Origin: a virus
Lineage: Duplodnaviria > Caudoviricetes
IMG/VR virus record: IMGVR_UViG_3300027801_000142
Coordinates: 1 to 25,838 of that record
Length of the DNA stretch: 25,838 bases
Direction: 5' to 3' (one strand)
Shown piece by piece: positions 1-9,900 of this stretch (positions within the stretch are counted from its first letter, which is position 1; each line of letters begins with the position of its first letter). Both the position numbers and the translations under genes were made by a program. The notes under the pieces were generated by a model that searched no databases, had not been told where the DNA came from, and saw only the letters and a program-made list of their open reading frames with translations.

Positions 1-135
1 AAACTAAAGCAATCAGAACAGCATTATGAACCAACACACAAACGCACAAGCCAAGGGGGTAAGGTACCTAAGACTTCTTCCATGAACAAAAGTTTTAGAG
101 CAGGATACAAAAAATATAGGGGGCAAGGAAGATGA
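1..135 (+). CDS. Small basic phage protein of the 'YRGQG(R/K)' C-terminal type (5'-partial; not in ORF track)
   Basis: Frame 1 is open from base 1: KLKQSEQHYEPTHKRTSQGGKVPKTSSMNKSFRAGYKKYRGQGR*. TGA at 133-135 overlaps the next ATG (ATGA). The HKRTS...SMNK...KKYRGQGR pattern matches a small basic protein I recognise from aquatic phages. Confidence 0.8.
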   Translation, partial: KLKQSEQHYEPTHKRTSQGGKVPKTSSMNKSFRAGYKKYRGQGR

Positions 136-422
136 GTGAATATTACGGTGATACAGTTCTTTTTAAAGACTGCCCAATTACCAGCATGAATATATTTGAC
201 AAAAGTTTAAATGAGGAAGAACAAATAATTCAATGGAAAAAAGAAAAAGAATATGATAGGAAACTAAATGCACAATGGCCAAATGGAATACCTGTGAATA
301 CAGAAAGAGCGGACCAATTAGTTTTATCAGGGGAAATATCCTTACCAGCGAGCGCTGAAGATACACATAAAATTGGTTGGCCTGATTATTTTCCTAAAAA
401 ATATGGAGGCCAGGGTCGTTGA
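132..422 (+). CDS. Hypothetical protein (96 aa) ending in KKYGGQGR
   Basis: ATGA overlap with the upstream gene, TTGA overlap with the downstream gene, and a purine-rich SD-like sequence upstream. Confidence 0.7.
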   Translation: MSEYYGDTVLFKDCPITSMNIFDKSLNEEEQIIQWKKEKEYDRKLNAQWPNGIPVNTERADQLVLSGEISLPASAEDTHKIGWPDYFPKKYGGQGR

Positions 423-640
423 AGACTCTTATCCATGTTAACCAACATGTTATAAAGTCAAACAGAAAGAACAAGGTAGAGGAACCTGTGTTGACTGTTA
501 AGACATACAAGAGCAACACCTATGCGCATGAAGTCAATATAAAAGGTGACTCTAAAGTAGTGTACAGCCCAGACAAACCACTATCATGTGGCGCACATGT
601 TTGGATAGAAACCCAATCGGAAGTGGAGATAGTTAGATAA
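419..640 (+). CDS. Conserved small phage hypothetical protein (73 aa)
   Basis: TTG start with GGAGG at 405-409. The IHVNQHVI...PVLTVKT...N.YAHEV.I.G...VVYSPDKPLSCGA.VWIET pattern is typical of a small phage protein family. TAATG overlap with the helicase. Confidence 0.8.
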   Translation: MKTLIHVNQHVIKSNRKNKVEEPVLTVKTYKSNTYAHEVNIKGDSKVVYSPDKPLSCGAHVWIETQSEVEIVR

Positions 641-2199
641 TGGAAATATATAAAGACCGAGCCTTAATTGTTAACACAAAAAAACCTGAAGATATACTAG
701 ATACTGTTGATAAAAGTAAAATAATAAAAACACACGACAACGGAGTCTCACAAGTAATAGTTAATTGGGGTTTAGAAGAAGTTTTTAAGTTAGTCAAGTT
801 ACGTTTTAAAAACATACCTTCACCAATAAGCAAAGAATACACTTGGCCTGGAATATACAAACCTTTCGATCACCAAAAAACAACTGCTGAATTTTTGTCT
901 GCATACAAACGAGGCTATTGTTTAAGTGAAGCGGGTACAGGAAAAACATCGGCAGTTATATGGGCTGCAGATTATCTAATGAATAAAAAGAAAGTTCGCA
1001 GGATGTTAGTGGTCTGTCCTTTATCTATAATGCAAGCTGCTTGGCAAGCTGATTTTTTTAAAACTGCAATGCACAGAACGGTATCTTTAGCCCACGGAAC
1101 TGCCGAAAAAAGACGTAAAATAATAGCAGAAAATGCTGAAGTAGTTATCATTAATTACGATGGAATTGAAATAGTTGAAAAAGATATTATAGAGGGGGGC
1201 TTTGACTTAATAGTTGTAGACGAAGCTAACTACATTAAAACAGTCACCACACGAAGATGGAAAGCACTAAACAGAATTGTAAATGATAATACTTGGGTGT
1301 GGCTTTTAACAGGTACACCTGCCGCACAATCACCTGCAGATGCTTATGGGTTAGCTAAGCTAGTCGATCCTTCTTCAGTACCCAAGTACTATGGCACATT
1401 TAAAGATATGGTAATGCAAAAAATAAGTCAATTTACCTGGATACCAAGACTAAAAGCGCAGGATATAGTTTTTAAAACACTACAGCCTGCGGTAAGATTT
1501 ACTAAGGAAGAGTGCTTAGATTTACCTGATGTAACCTATCAAACTCGTGATGTACCCCTTACATCACAACAAGATAAGTATTATAAAAAACTTAAAAAAG
1601 AAATGTTTATTGAAGCATCGGGCGAAGAAATAACTGTTGTTAATGCCGCTGCCATGCTAACTAAGCTACTGCAAGTTAGTGCAGGTTCAATATACTCAGA
1701 CACTAAAGAAGTTTTAGAGTTTGATGTATCTAATAGAATGACAGCACTAAAAGATATTATTACAGAAGCTAGCCATAAGGTTATAGTGTTTGCTCCTTTT
1801 CGTAACAGTATTGAGTTAATAAAAACGGAGTTAACAAAATCTAAAATAACATGTGACTATATTAATGGTGACGTGAGCATGACTAAACGCTCCCAAATAT
1901 TTAAAAATTTTCAAGAGACTCCCAACCCACAAGTTTTAATTGTGCAACCTCAATCAGCTTCTCACGGTGTAACACTTCACGCGGCTAATGTTGTTGTGTT
2001 TTGGAGCCCAGTAGTTTCTGTAGAAACATATATACAGTGCTGCGCACGGATGGATAGAGCCGGTCAACGTAATCCTATGACCGTAGTCCATCTACAGGGT
2101 AGTCCTGTAGAGACTAAAGTATATAAGATGCTACAAGGCAAGATAGACGATCACGTTAAACTCGTTGATTTATACAAGGAAGAAATAGGGGTAAATTAA
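640..2199 (+). CDS. SNF2-family (superfamily 2) DNA helicase/translocase
   Basis: Q motif PFDHQ, Walker A EAGTGKT, motif Ia VVCPLS, Walker B VVDEAN, motif III LTGTP, motif V SHGVTL, motif VI QCCARMDRAGQ. Confidence 0.93.
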   Translation: MEIYKDRALIVNTKKPEDILDTVDKSKIIKTHDNGVSQVIVNWGLEEVFKLVKLRFKNIPSPISKEYTWPGIYKPFDHQKTTAEFLSAYKRGYCLSEAGTGKTSAVIWAADYLMNKKKVRRMLVVCPLSIMQAAWQADFFKTAMHRTVSLAHGTAEKRRKIIAENAEVVIINYDGIEIVEKDIIEGGFDLIVVDEANYIKTVTTRRWKALNRIVNDNTWVWLLTGTPAAQSPADAYGLAKLVDPSSVPKYYGTFKDMVMQKISQFTWIPRLKAQDIVFKTLQPAVRFTKEECLDLPDVTYQTRDVPLTSQQDKYYKKLKKEMFIEASGEEITVVNAAAMLTKLLQVSAGSIYSDTKEVLEFDVSNRMTALKDIITEASHKVIVFAPFRNSIELIKTELTKSKITCDYINGDVSMTKRSQIFKNFQETPNPQVLIVQPQSASHGVTLHAANVVVFWSPVVSVETYIQCCARMDRAGQRNPMTVVHLQGSPVETKVYKMLQGKIDDHVKLVDLYKEEIGVN

Positions 2200-2212
2200 A
2201 TAAATATTTTCC

Positions 2213-2240
2213 TTGACAGTGTCTATAACCCTGTTATACT
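2213..2240 (+). promoter_or_regulatory. Sigma70-type promoter for the SSB/primase operon
   Basis: TTGACA (2213-2218), 16-bp spacer, extended -10 TG-t-TATACT (2232-2240), AT-rich UP-like tract at about 2193-2210, and SD GAGGAG (2258-2263) before the ATG at 2270. Confidence 0.8.
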
Positions 2241-2269
2241 GGGACTCCATTTAAAGAGAGGAGCAATGT

Positions 2270-2677
2270 ATGGAACTAGATGACAATCAACTTGAGAAGT
2301 TAATGCAAGCTGATATTAATATGAGAGAGTCAATTCAAGAACTTGAAAATACAATCTCTGAAATAAAAACAAAACGGGCACAAGTTCAATCTGCTTTGAA
2401 TGAAGCTTGCAGAACTTTGAACGTTAGCAGTGTAAAAACTAAAGTAGGTACACTCACTAGAAAACTAAAAACTAGGTACTGGACAAGTGATTGGCCTCAA
2501 ATGTATAAGTTTATGAAAGATCACGATGCTTTAGAGTTGGTTGAAAAACGTATACAACAAACTAATATTAAACAGTTTATAGTAGATAATCCTGATATAG
2601 CACCTCCAGGGCTACAGTCTACAAGTGAATACACTGTTTCTATTCTTAAAAACCGTAAAAAAGAGGAGAACTCATGA
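2270..2677 (+). CDS. Conserved phage replication-module protein with N-terminal coiled coil (possibly Gam-like/DNA-binding)
   Basis: Good SD. Heptad-rich N-terminus followed by KT..GT......RYWTSDW...YKF......LELVEKRI...PPGL, a pattern seen next to SSB genes in phage replication modules. Function is inferred only. Confidence 0.6.
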   Translation: MELDDNQLEKLMQADINMRESIQELENTISEIKTKRAQVQSALNEACRTLNVSSVKTKVGTLTRKLKTRYWTSDWPQMYKFMKDHDALELVEKRIQQTNIKQFIVDNPDIAPPGLQSTSEYTVSILKNRKKEENS

Positions 2678-3603
2678 ATACTGAAGTAGATATTTTTTCA
2701 CAAGGTGGTGCAGTTGCAACCACTGGCCATCGCGATGATGGTTTTACTAGCAATATAACTGGAAGTTCTATCACGTCAAAACGTATATCTATACGTAATA
2801 ATGTTTTTAGGCTTATGGTTAATGGTAAGGAAATTGATAAATCTGATGAACGTCATTTAGATGTTGTAATTGTCAATGCTTCCCCCAACGTACATAGAAT
2901 GTATTTTGCAGGTGAATACAAACCAGGTATGAAACTTTCACCCCCTGCTTGTTGGACTTCTGACAGTGTTAAACCTGATTCTAATGTTGAGGCACCACAA
3001 CATATTACATGCGCTGAGTGCCCACAAAACATTAAAGGCTCAGGGCCCAATGGCACTAAAGCGTGTAGATTTAGTAGACGTATAGCTGTTATTAGAGCAG
3101 ATGATTTAAATGGAGACGTGTTTCAAGTAACCCTACCCTCCCAGTCTATATTTGGGAATGGCACTCCTGAAAGAAGACCTCTGCATGAATATACTGATTA
3201 TGTAAGAGCCAACAATCAAAATCTTATGTCTGTAGTGTCTAGAATGGCTTTTGATATGGATTCTTCAAGCACCAAAGTTGGATTCAAACCAGTAAGAATT
3301 TTAACTGATGATGAGTATGCACTATGTTCAGAAAAAAGTGTTTCGGATGATGCTAAACGCGCTATAACTTTGTCAGTAAGTATAAACAAAGAAGCTAGTA
3401 ATACACCTCCGCCGGTAAAGGTAGAAGCTAAACCTGCCGTAGCAGCTAAACCTGTTGATGTTTTTGATACACCAAAAGATGATGACATCCCTGAACCAAC
3501 TAAACGATCAGAACCTAAAGCTGAACCAAAAGCAAAGGAAGCGGCACCAAAAGCAACAACAGGTGACGTTAGTTTAGATGATTTAGTAGATGATTGGTCA
3601 TAA
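2674..3603 (+). CDS. Probable single-stranded DNA-binding protein
   Basis: Beta-rich core with Cys motif (PACW...CAECPQN..GS...KAC), Pro/Lys/Ala-rich linker, and an acidic C-terminal tail ending in an aromatic residue (DVSLDDLVDDWS). Lies between helicase and primase. SD GAGGAG. Confidence 0.72.
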   Translation: MNTEVDIFSQGGAVATTGHRDDGFTSNITGSSITSKRISIRNNVFRLMVNGKEIDKSDERHLDVVIVNASPNVHRMYFAGEYKPGMKLSPPACWTSDSVKPDSNVEAPQHITCAECPQNIKGSGPNGTKACRFSRRIAVIRADDLNGDVFQVTLPSQSIFGNGTPERRPLHEYTDYVRANNQNLMSVVSRMAFDMDSSSTKVGFKPVRILTDDEYALCSEKSVSDDAKRAITLSVSINKEASNTPPPVKVEAKPAVAAKPVDVFDTPKDDDIPEPTKRSEPKAEPKAKEAAPKATTGDVSLDDLVDDWS

Positions 3604-3613
3604 GGAGACTTCA

Positions 3614-3841
3614 ATGCGAGGATATTCACAAATAGTAATAGAAAACAACCAATCAGCTAAAAATTCTTTAGGAGTAAGTTTAGGCGCGGTATGTATTAAA
3701 ACTAAGTACCCCGCTCAAGAAGTAGCGAACAGGCTTAATATTTCTAGACAAACAGTATATGATTGGTTTTCGGGTAAATCAAAACCCCATAAATCAAAAC
3801 ATGATTTAATACAGGCCCTAATAGAAGAGCTATCAACATAA
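3614..3841 (+). CDS. Cro/XRE-type helix-turn-helix protein (75 aa; start revised from 3590 to 3614)
   Basis: AQEVANRLNISRQTVYDWFSGKSKP is a classic HTH. SD AAGGAG (3602-3607) precedes the ATG at 3614. Confidence 0.85.
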   Translation: MRGYSQIVIENNQSAKNSLGVSLGAVCIKTKYPAQEVANRLNISRQTVYDWFSGKSKPHKSKHDLIQALIEELST

Positions 3842-3850
3842 AACTATGAT

Positions 3851-3891
3851 AGGGGTGTTGTACCCCTTTCAACATTGTAGAGGACACAATG
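3851..3891 (+). promoter_or_regulatory. Structured leader of the primase gene (two hairpins, one covering SD and ATG)
   Basis: AGGGGT-gttgt-ACCCCT (3851-3867) followed by TT. CATTGT-agaggac-ACAATG (3873-3891) places the SD in the loop and the start codon in the stem. Confidence 0.5.
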
Positions 3892-6741
3892 CAAACAAAA
3901 GAATTTCTAGACCTAGTATGGTCAGATCAAGGCTATTATTGTGTAGTCAGTAAAGATCAACATAATAATGTATCTCCTGTATTTTTAAATAGCATAGATG
4001 AAATTTTAGCTAAGGCACTAACATTTAATAAAAATAATTTAGATATATATTTTACATGTTCTACGTGGGTAGAAAATACTGACAGGAAAGCAAAAAATGC
4101 TAAGGAGCAAAAAATATTTTGGTTGGATATTGACTGCGGTTATGATACTAAAAAGCGCAAGTGGAAAGATTATCGAACTAAAGAAGAAGCTATGGTTGCC
4201 CTTAGAAACTTTACAGATGTAACTAAGCTACCCGCACCTTTAATTGTAGATTCCGGTAATGGGATGCATTGTTACTGGCCCTTTACAGATCCCGTTGCTT
4301 CTGAAGTATGGAAGCCTATAGCACAGGGGCTTAAATTTTTATGTGTTAAGCACGGTTTTAAATCTGACTCTGTGTGTACATCTGACATATCTAGAATACT
4401 AAGATTGCCAGGAACAAAAAACTTTAAAGACCTAGAAAACCCTAAAGATGTAGTTATACTACAGAAAGGCGAAGCGGTGCCTTTTGATGATTTAGCAGCA
4501 TTAATACCTGCTGAAATAGTAGCCCACGCTAATACTCCTAGACGTCCTATGGATGAAGCAACGAAAGCTATAATGGGTAATCACACTTCGCGATTTAGAA
4601 AAATAATGGAGCGGTGTAAAATAGATGACGGGTGTAAACAACTAGAGCATATCGCCACCAAACAAAACGAAATAGAAGAACCTTTGTGGAGAGCGGGACT
4701 ATCTATTGCGGTGCACTGTGAAGATAGTGATATAGCGATACATAAAATATCTAGAAACCATGTAGATTATGAATATGAAACAACTGAAAAAAAAGCTCAA
4801 GGTATACCAGGACCACATTCATGTAAACAATTTGAAATGCAACGCCCTGAAGGCTGTAAAAACTGTGTACATAAAGGCAAAATTACTTCCCCTATACAAC
4901 TAGGTAGAGTAATTGCTAAGGCTAGGGGTTCAGATAATGTTATTGAAGCGAAAAGCGAAGCACTTAATGAACTTGTAACTTTTAAAATACCTGATTACCC
5001 TTATCCTTACTTTAGAGGTAAGAATGGTGGTATATATAAAACTATGCCTGATGATGAAGATGATGGGGTTAAGATATATGACTACGATTTTTACTTAGTC
5101 GAGCGCTTAAATGATCCATCCCTAGGTGAATGTTCTTGGTTTAAGTTACACCTGCCTAAAGACGGAGTTAAAGAATTTATTGCTCGTACTTCTGATCTAC
5201 TAACTAGAGACAAGGCTAGACAAATATTAGTTGATTACGGAGTTATTGTACACGGTAAGCAAATGGATCTTATGATTGACTACATAGTTAATGCCGTTCA
5301 AACACAACAGCGTACTGTAGAAGCTTCGCCTATGTATAAACAATTTGGTTGGAATCCCGGGCCTATAGACAAAAAAAATAAAATACTTATAGGCAACAGA
5401 GAAATTAGTGCCTTTGGTATTAAATATGTTCCTGTAGCTGAAGAGCTTAACGAAGTTAACCCCACTCTACAAAAGAAAGGTAGCTTTGAAGAGTGGAAAA
5501 AAGGTGTAGCTATATATGAACGGAAAGGAATGGAACTTCGTGCGTTTGGTTTCTTCTGTGCTTTTGGTTCTTTGCTCATGCCATTTTTTGAACACAGAGA
5601 AAAGTCTGCAATAATTAACTTGTACAATCCTGAAACAGGTCAAGGTAAAACATCTGTACTACAAGCTATGACAAGTGTGTATGGCAACCCTGATTTAAAC
5701 GCTAAGTTAATTCAGCTCTGGGGTGATACCGAGAATTCTATAATTCACAGATTAGGGTACATGAATAACTTACCCGCAGCTGTAGATGAGATGACTAATG
5801 TTACACCTACAGAACTCCACAAGTTTTTAAAATTTATATCTACAGGTCGAGGACGTAATAGACTAGGTAACGGAGTTAACAGAGAAAGATTAAATGATAC
5901 TGTGTTTAATTTGATATGTGTAGTTTCTAGTAATACTGATTTTAGACAAGTCATGTATTCTGACAGAGCAAAAGCAAGTGGGGAAATGGCTAGATTTATT
6001 CAACTTCGTATAGAATTAGATGAGTCAATTTCTAAAGCAGATGCTGATGAACACTTTAGTAAACTCTTTGATAACTATGGGCATGCAGGTGAGATATACG
6101 CACAACACTTAATAGCTAATTTAGACAAAGTTAAAAAGCAACTCAAAGAAACTCAACAAACAATAGATAAACAATTAAACATAAAAGGTCAAGACAGAAA
6201 ATATTCAGCTACATTAGCTTCAGTATTTTTAGGGGCCATTATAGCTAAGCATTTGGGCATACACAACATACCTATCCACCCTGTATTTCAAGCCATTGCA
6301 AAAGAACTAAAGAAATCAAAACAGTCTTTAAAAGAATCTGACTTCGATGCTATGCAAACTTTGGGTGATTTTCTTAATCATTCTAAAAACAGTACTCTGG
6401 TGATCAATAGTAAAGCTGATACTCGTTTAGGAGTGTCTGAAGCGCCACTACTTAGACCTACTCATGATTTAAAAGTTAGAGTCGAGCCTGACTCAAACAC
6501 TATCTATATCCCTGCTTCTATAATGAGAGAGTACATGGATAGTAAAAAGATTGACTATAGTGATTTTATTAAAGGACTAAAAGAAAACAAAATTCTTAGA
6601 GAGTCATCAAAACTAAAAGTGCTCCACAAGGGTCTAGAGATAAGTGGCCCTTCAGTTAGATGCATATGGATTGATAATTCTACCTTTGATGATATTAAAC
6701 TAGAAAACTTACCTTTGGATATACCTAAAAATGTTAACTAA
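3889..6741 (+). CDS. Fused DNA primase (AEP/RepB-like) and DUF927/Cch-like AAA+ helicase
   Basis: N-terminal WLDID, IVDSGNGMHCYW and DISRILRLPGTKN primase motifs. Cys-rich middle domain. C-terminal Walker A ETGQGKTS, Walker B AVDEM, GRGRNRL, VSSN and ARF motifs. Confidence 0.88.
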   Translation: MQTKEFLDLVWSDQGYYCVVSKDQHNNVSPVFLNSIDEILAKALTFNKNNLDIYFTCSTWVENTDRKAKNAKEQKIFWLDIDCGYDTKKRKWKDYRTKEEAMVALRNFTDVTKLPAPLIVDSGNGMHCYWPFTDPVASEVWKPIAQGLKFLCVKHGFKSDSVCTSDISRILRLPGTKNFKDLENPKDVVILQKGEAVPFDDLAALIPAEIVAHANTPRRPMDEATKAIMGNHTSRFRKIMERCKIDDGCKQLEHIATKQNEIEEPLWRAGLSIAVHCEDSDIAIHKISRNHVDYEYETTEKKAQGIPGPHSCKQFEMQRPEGCKNCVHKGKITSPIQLGRVIAKARGSDNVIEAKSEALNELVTFKIPDYPYPYFRGKNGGIYKTMPDDEDDGVKIYDYDFYLVERLNDPSLGECSWFKLHLPKDGVKEFIARTSDLLTRDKARQILVDYGVIVHGKQMDLMIDYIVNAVQTQQRTVEASPMYKQFGWNPGPIDKKNKILIGNREISAFGIKYVPVAEELNEVNPTLQKKGSFEEWKKGVAIYERKGMELRAFGFFCAFGSLLMPFFEHREKSAIINLYNPETGQGKTSVLQAMTSVYGNPDLNAKLIQLWGDTENSIIHRLGYMNNLPAAVDEMTNVTPTELHKFLKFISTGRGRNRLGNGVNRERLNDTVFNLICVVSSNTDFRQVMYSDRAKASGEMARFIQLRIELDESISKADADEHFSKLFDNYGHAGEIYAQHLIANLDKVKKQLKETQQTIDKQLNIKGQDRKYSATLASVFLGAIIAKHLGIHNIPIHPVFQAIAKELKKSKQSLKESDFDAMQTLGDFLNHSKNSTLVINSKADTRLGVSEAPLLRPTHDLKVRVEPDSNTIYIPASIMREYMDSKKIDYSDFIKGLKENKILRESSKLKVLHKGLEISGPSVRCIWIDNSTFDDIKLENLPLDIPKNVN

Positions 6742-6925
6742 CGGAACAGACTATCAAATAGATTGGCCTTCTTTTCAACCAGGAACATCTATATTTATAC
6801 CTGCAGTAGATACTAAAGCGGCTTTAACAGCCATTAAAAAAGAAAGCACTCGCTTAGAATTTGAGTTTGTGCATAAGGTAGTTATTGAGGATGATGTTCA
6901 GGGTATAAGAGTTTGGCGCTTATAA
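6731..6925 (+). CDS. Small phage protein, probable DNA-binding (W..F.PG.S.FIP...G.RVWR type)
   Basis: Overlaps the primase end. The IDWPSFQPGTSIFIP and GIRVWRL motifs match a small phage family often found after primases. Confidence 0.7.
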   Translation: MLTNGTDYQIDWPSFQPGTSIFIPAVDTKAALTAIKKESTRLEFEFVHKVVIEDDVQGIRVWRL

Positions 6926-9900
6926 CTACATAGTAGAAAATAAAGGAAGATCAAGTCTACTTCTAAGCCTAGACACGTCTTTAACAACGTTATACATTTG
7001 TTTTGATAAGGCTTCAAGTTTTATTCCTTTAGCTTTTGCAGTCATTTTATCATCGTTAATAACTCTATTGCGTCTAGTACGTATAGCTTTAACTCTTTCC
7101 TTCATACTATTAATTCTACTTTTGGCCTGTATTAGTTTTTTATTTTTTTCTCTATAGTCTAGGTACCCTTTTCGATCCCCCTCACGTAAATAACCACCTA
7201 AAGTAGTAGTAACCCTTAAAGACATATCAGCTAAATCATAAAACTGAGTAAGTTGGCTTCTTCCGTTTCTACCGTACATAATCGCGCTTAAAACAGGAAT
7301 TCTGCTTATATTGGTTTCAGGTCGTTTAGTGTCATAAAATTGATTTGCTAGTGAGTCAATCATATACAAAAATAAACTGCCGGCTGTTCCTGTTGTTCCT
7401 TTGATCCAATGGTCTACACTTAAAGGGGATATAATGTCTGCGTGTCCAATTAGTTTAGCAAGCTCAGAAGTATTTTCATTAAACTGTTTATTTGTTTCTT
7501 TATTTCTATATCCAGGGTTAACTATATCTCCACCAGTAAAAAAGTTATGATTTGTCATCACTTCGATAGTCGGTTTAAATACTTGAGGAAATAAATTAGG
7601 ACTAAAGAAAGCCTCTCCTAAAGAACCGGTTATAGCCTGCCTAATTCTTCTAGCATCCACTTCATTAACAGTACCGTCTTTGGTAACTACATTGTATAAA
7701 CCTTCAGGAATTAATTTAAGTAGTAAGGCTAACTCCCCTCTGACAGGAACTTTAAAACCCCCGGGCAACATATAAGATCTAAATTTTTCTCTATCATCCA
7801 TTTGTTCATATTCATCATCCCCTGCTACTGCCATAGTGTATAAAAGATTTAAAACATATATTTTAGCCCCGGTTAGAAGAAATAAATTTCTTGCTTTGGT
7901 TTTTTCCATAGGAGTTATAAATTTACCTTGAGCAACGTTAGCTAAAATATCCATCCCTTGCAGATATGCATTTGCAAAGGGTACAGTGTGAGTTATTAAT
8001 CTTATTGCTGGACTAGCTCCTCTACGCTGCCAATTAATAATATTAAGAGCTGAGTTAACTGCTTGTACTTGATTACCCCCCGCAATAGTACCGTCAGGTT
8101 GTCGGACTCCTCCGGTTTCTAACAAAACTTGTTCAAATAAAGCTTTACGTTGAGCAAGATCAGAGTATGTAGCTAGATCTTCTATATACGCAGCCGATTT
8201 TCTAATTGGGCCTTCTGACTCTATATTATATTTTCTTCTTAGTTTACCTGTTATTTCTTGCGCCGTTAAACCATAACCGCCTGTAACACCCGCTTTTCGC
8301 ATCTGTTGCAAAATAGGAGCATTAGGATTAGCAATAATCTCAGGAAAACTTTTTAATACTCGCCCTGCTAAATGAAAAGGGTGTTTAACTCCTGAATATA
8401 GAGCTGATCCTATAGCGTCATTTACTACTTGGTAAGTTTGAAAAACTGGATTAGCAGTAATTGTCTGTCTAAATAATGTAGCCATGTTTGCGAAAAAACT
8501 AGTTTCAATTAAAGGAGACATAGGCCCTTTCATCCCTGCTGCTAGTAGTGTATCTGAATATTCTACATATACTCGCTCACCATTTCTTACCACAGGAGCA
8601 AAATATTCTTGTCTATATTTATCTTTAGCAGGTATTGTTTTGTGGAGAACTACAATGGGTTTACCTGCCGCATCTAATACTTCGGTTCCATCTTTGTTTT
8701 TTTCAGTTATTCCCAAAAATTTACCTGCCTCTATACTTACATTATTTCTCAAAGCAGAATTAACTATAGCAAAATGTTTTTTTAAAGAATTATCCAATAG
8801 ATCATTTAATTGTCTTTCTGAACCTTTAAATTTTTGCTCCTGTCCTATATCAGTAAACCCTCTAAAATACTCTTGTACTCCTGGATTTGAAACTTCAATC
8901 TCATTAAACATTCTTTGTAGAGGTACATAGCCTTTAGAGTTTCTAAAATAATCCGCTTGCTCTTTGTTAATAACTTCAGTACTTTCTAGTAAATTAATAT
9001 CGTTTATTTGTATTTGTTTAAGCATTTCAGCTATTTCATTAAGTATGGGGTATTCATTGCCATACTCTAAGTTTTCTGGGATAAGAGCTAATTGCTCCGG
9101 TGATACATAAGTTGTTGCGTTCTTAAGGTTAGCTGCTCTTTCTAGCTTCATCTTTCTCTCTGCTTTAGGCATATTAGGAGTTTTAGCATCCAACTCTAAC
9201 TGTTCTATTTCAGCTTCACGTTGTTCGTTTAGTATATTTTCTTCTTGAAATCTTCTAGCACCTAAAAAACGATTTATTATTTTACGAGGTCCTTCGGGAC
9301 CAAACCCTGCTATTTTTGATAATTCTTCTACTAAAACAAACAAATTATCAAAGTTGTTTTTGTCTTCTATAACAGTAGCGAGTTTAGTAACAGGATCTAT
9401 TTTAACATACCCTAATTGAGCGGATGTTGATGCAAAACCGTTAGCTTGTATTGCTACATCAGCCTGTATATCAACTCGAGATTCTCCTGTAACAGCATCA
9501 TTAACTGCTTGATTTATAGAAGCATCTAAAGCTTTTTCTCTAATAGGAGCAAAAGAGTTAGCAACAGCTGTTTCAAACCTTAAAAATTTACTAGGTAAAG
9601 AACCTTTAGGGGCATCTTGAGGACTATTACTATTAAATATACCCTGCACAAAATCTTTAAATGTTCTGTTGCTGTTTGATGGTGGAGGATCATAAGCTTC
9701 TTGTTCCCCTAATTCATTTATATCTCTTTGGTACAACTGTCTTCCCGAAGTAGCATTCTTATTAAACATAGAAGGTAATGGGCTATCAAACATGTCTGGA
9801 GCTATTACAAGATAGTCATTTAACAGAGAGTTAGGTATATTAGGGAAGTTAAACAATCGTTTTATAGCGTTAACCATATCTACCCATAAAGAATTTAAAT

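Noticed and set aside
1216-1233. DEAN instead of DEAH in helicase motif II, suggesting inactivation
   Set aside because: The catalytic DE and all other motifs are intact, so it is best read as a family variant.
178-5954. Minus-strand ORFs within the replication arm (e.g. 3216-3629, 5298-5627)
   Set aside because: They lie entirely antisense to well-supported genes and have no recognisable motifs.
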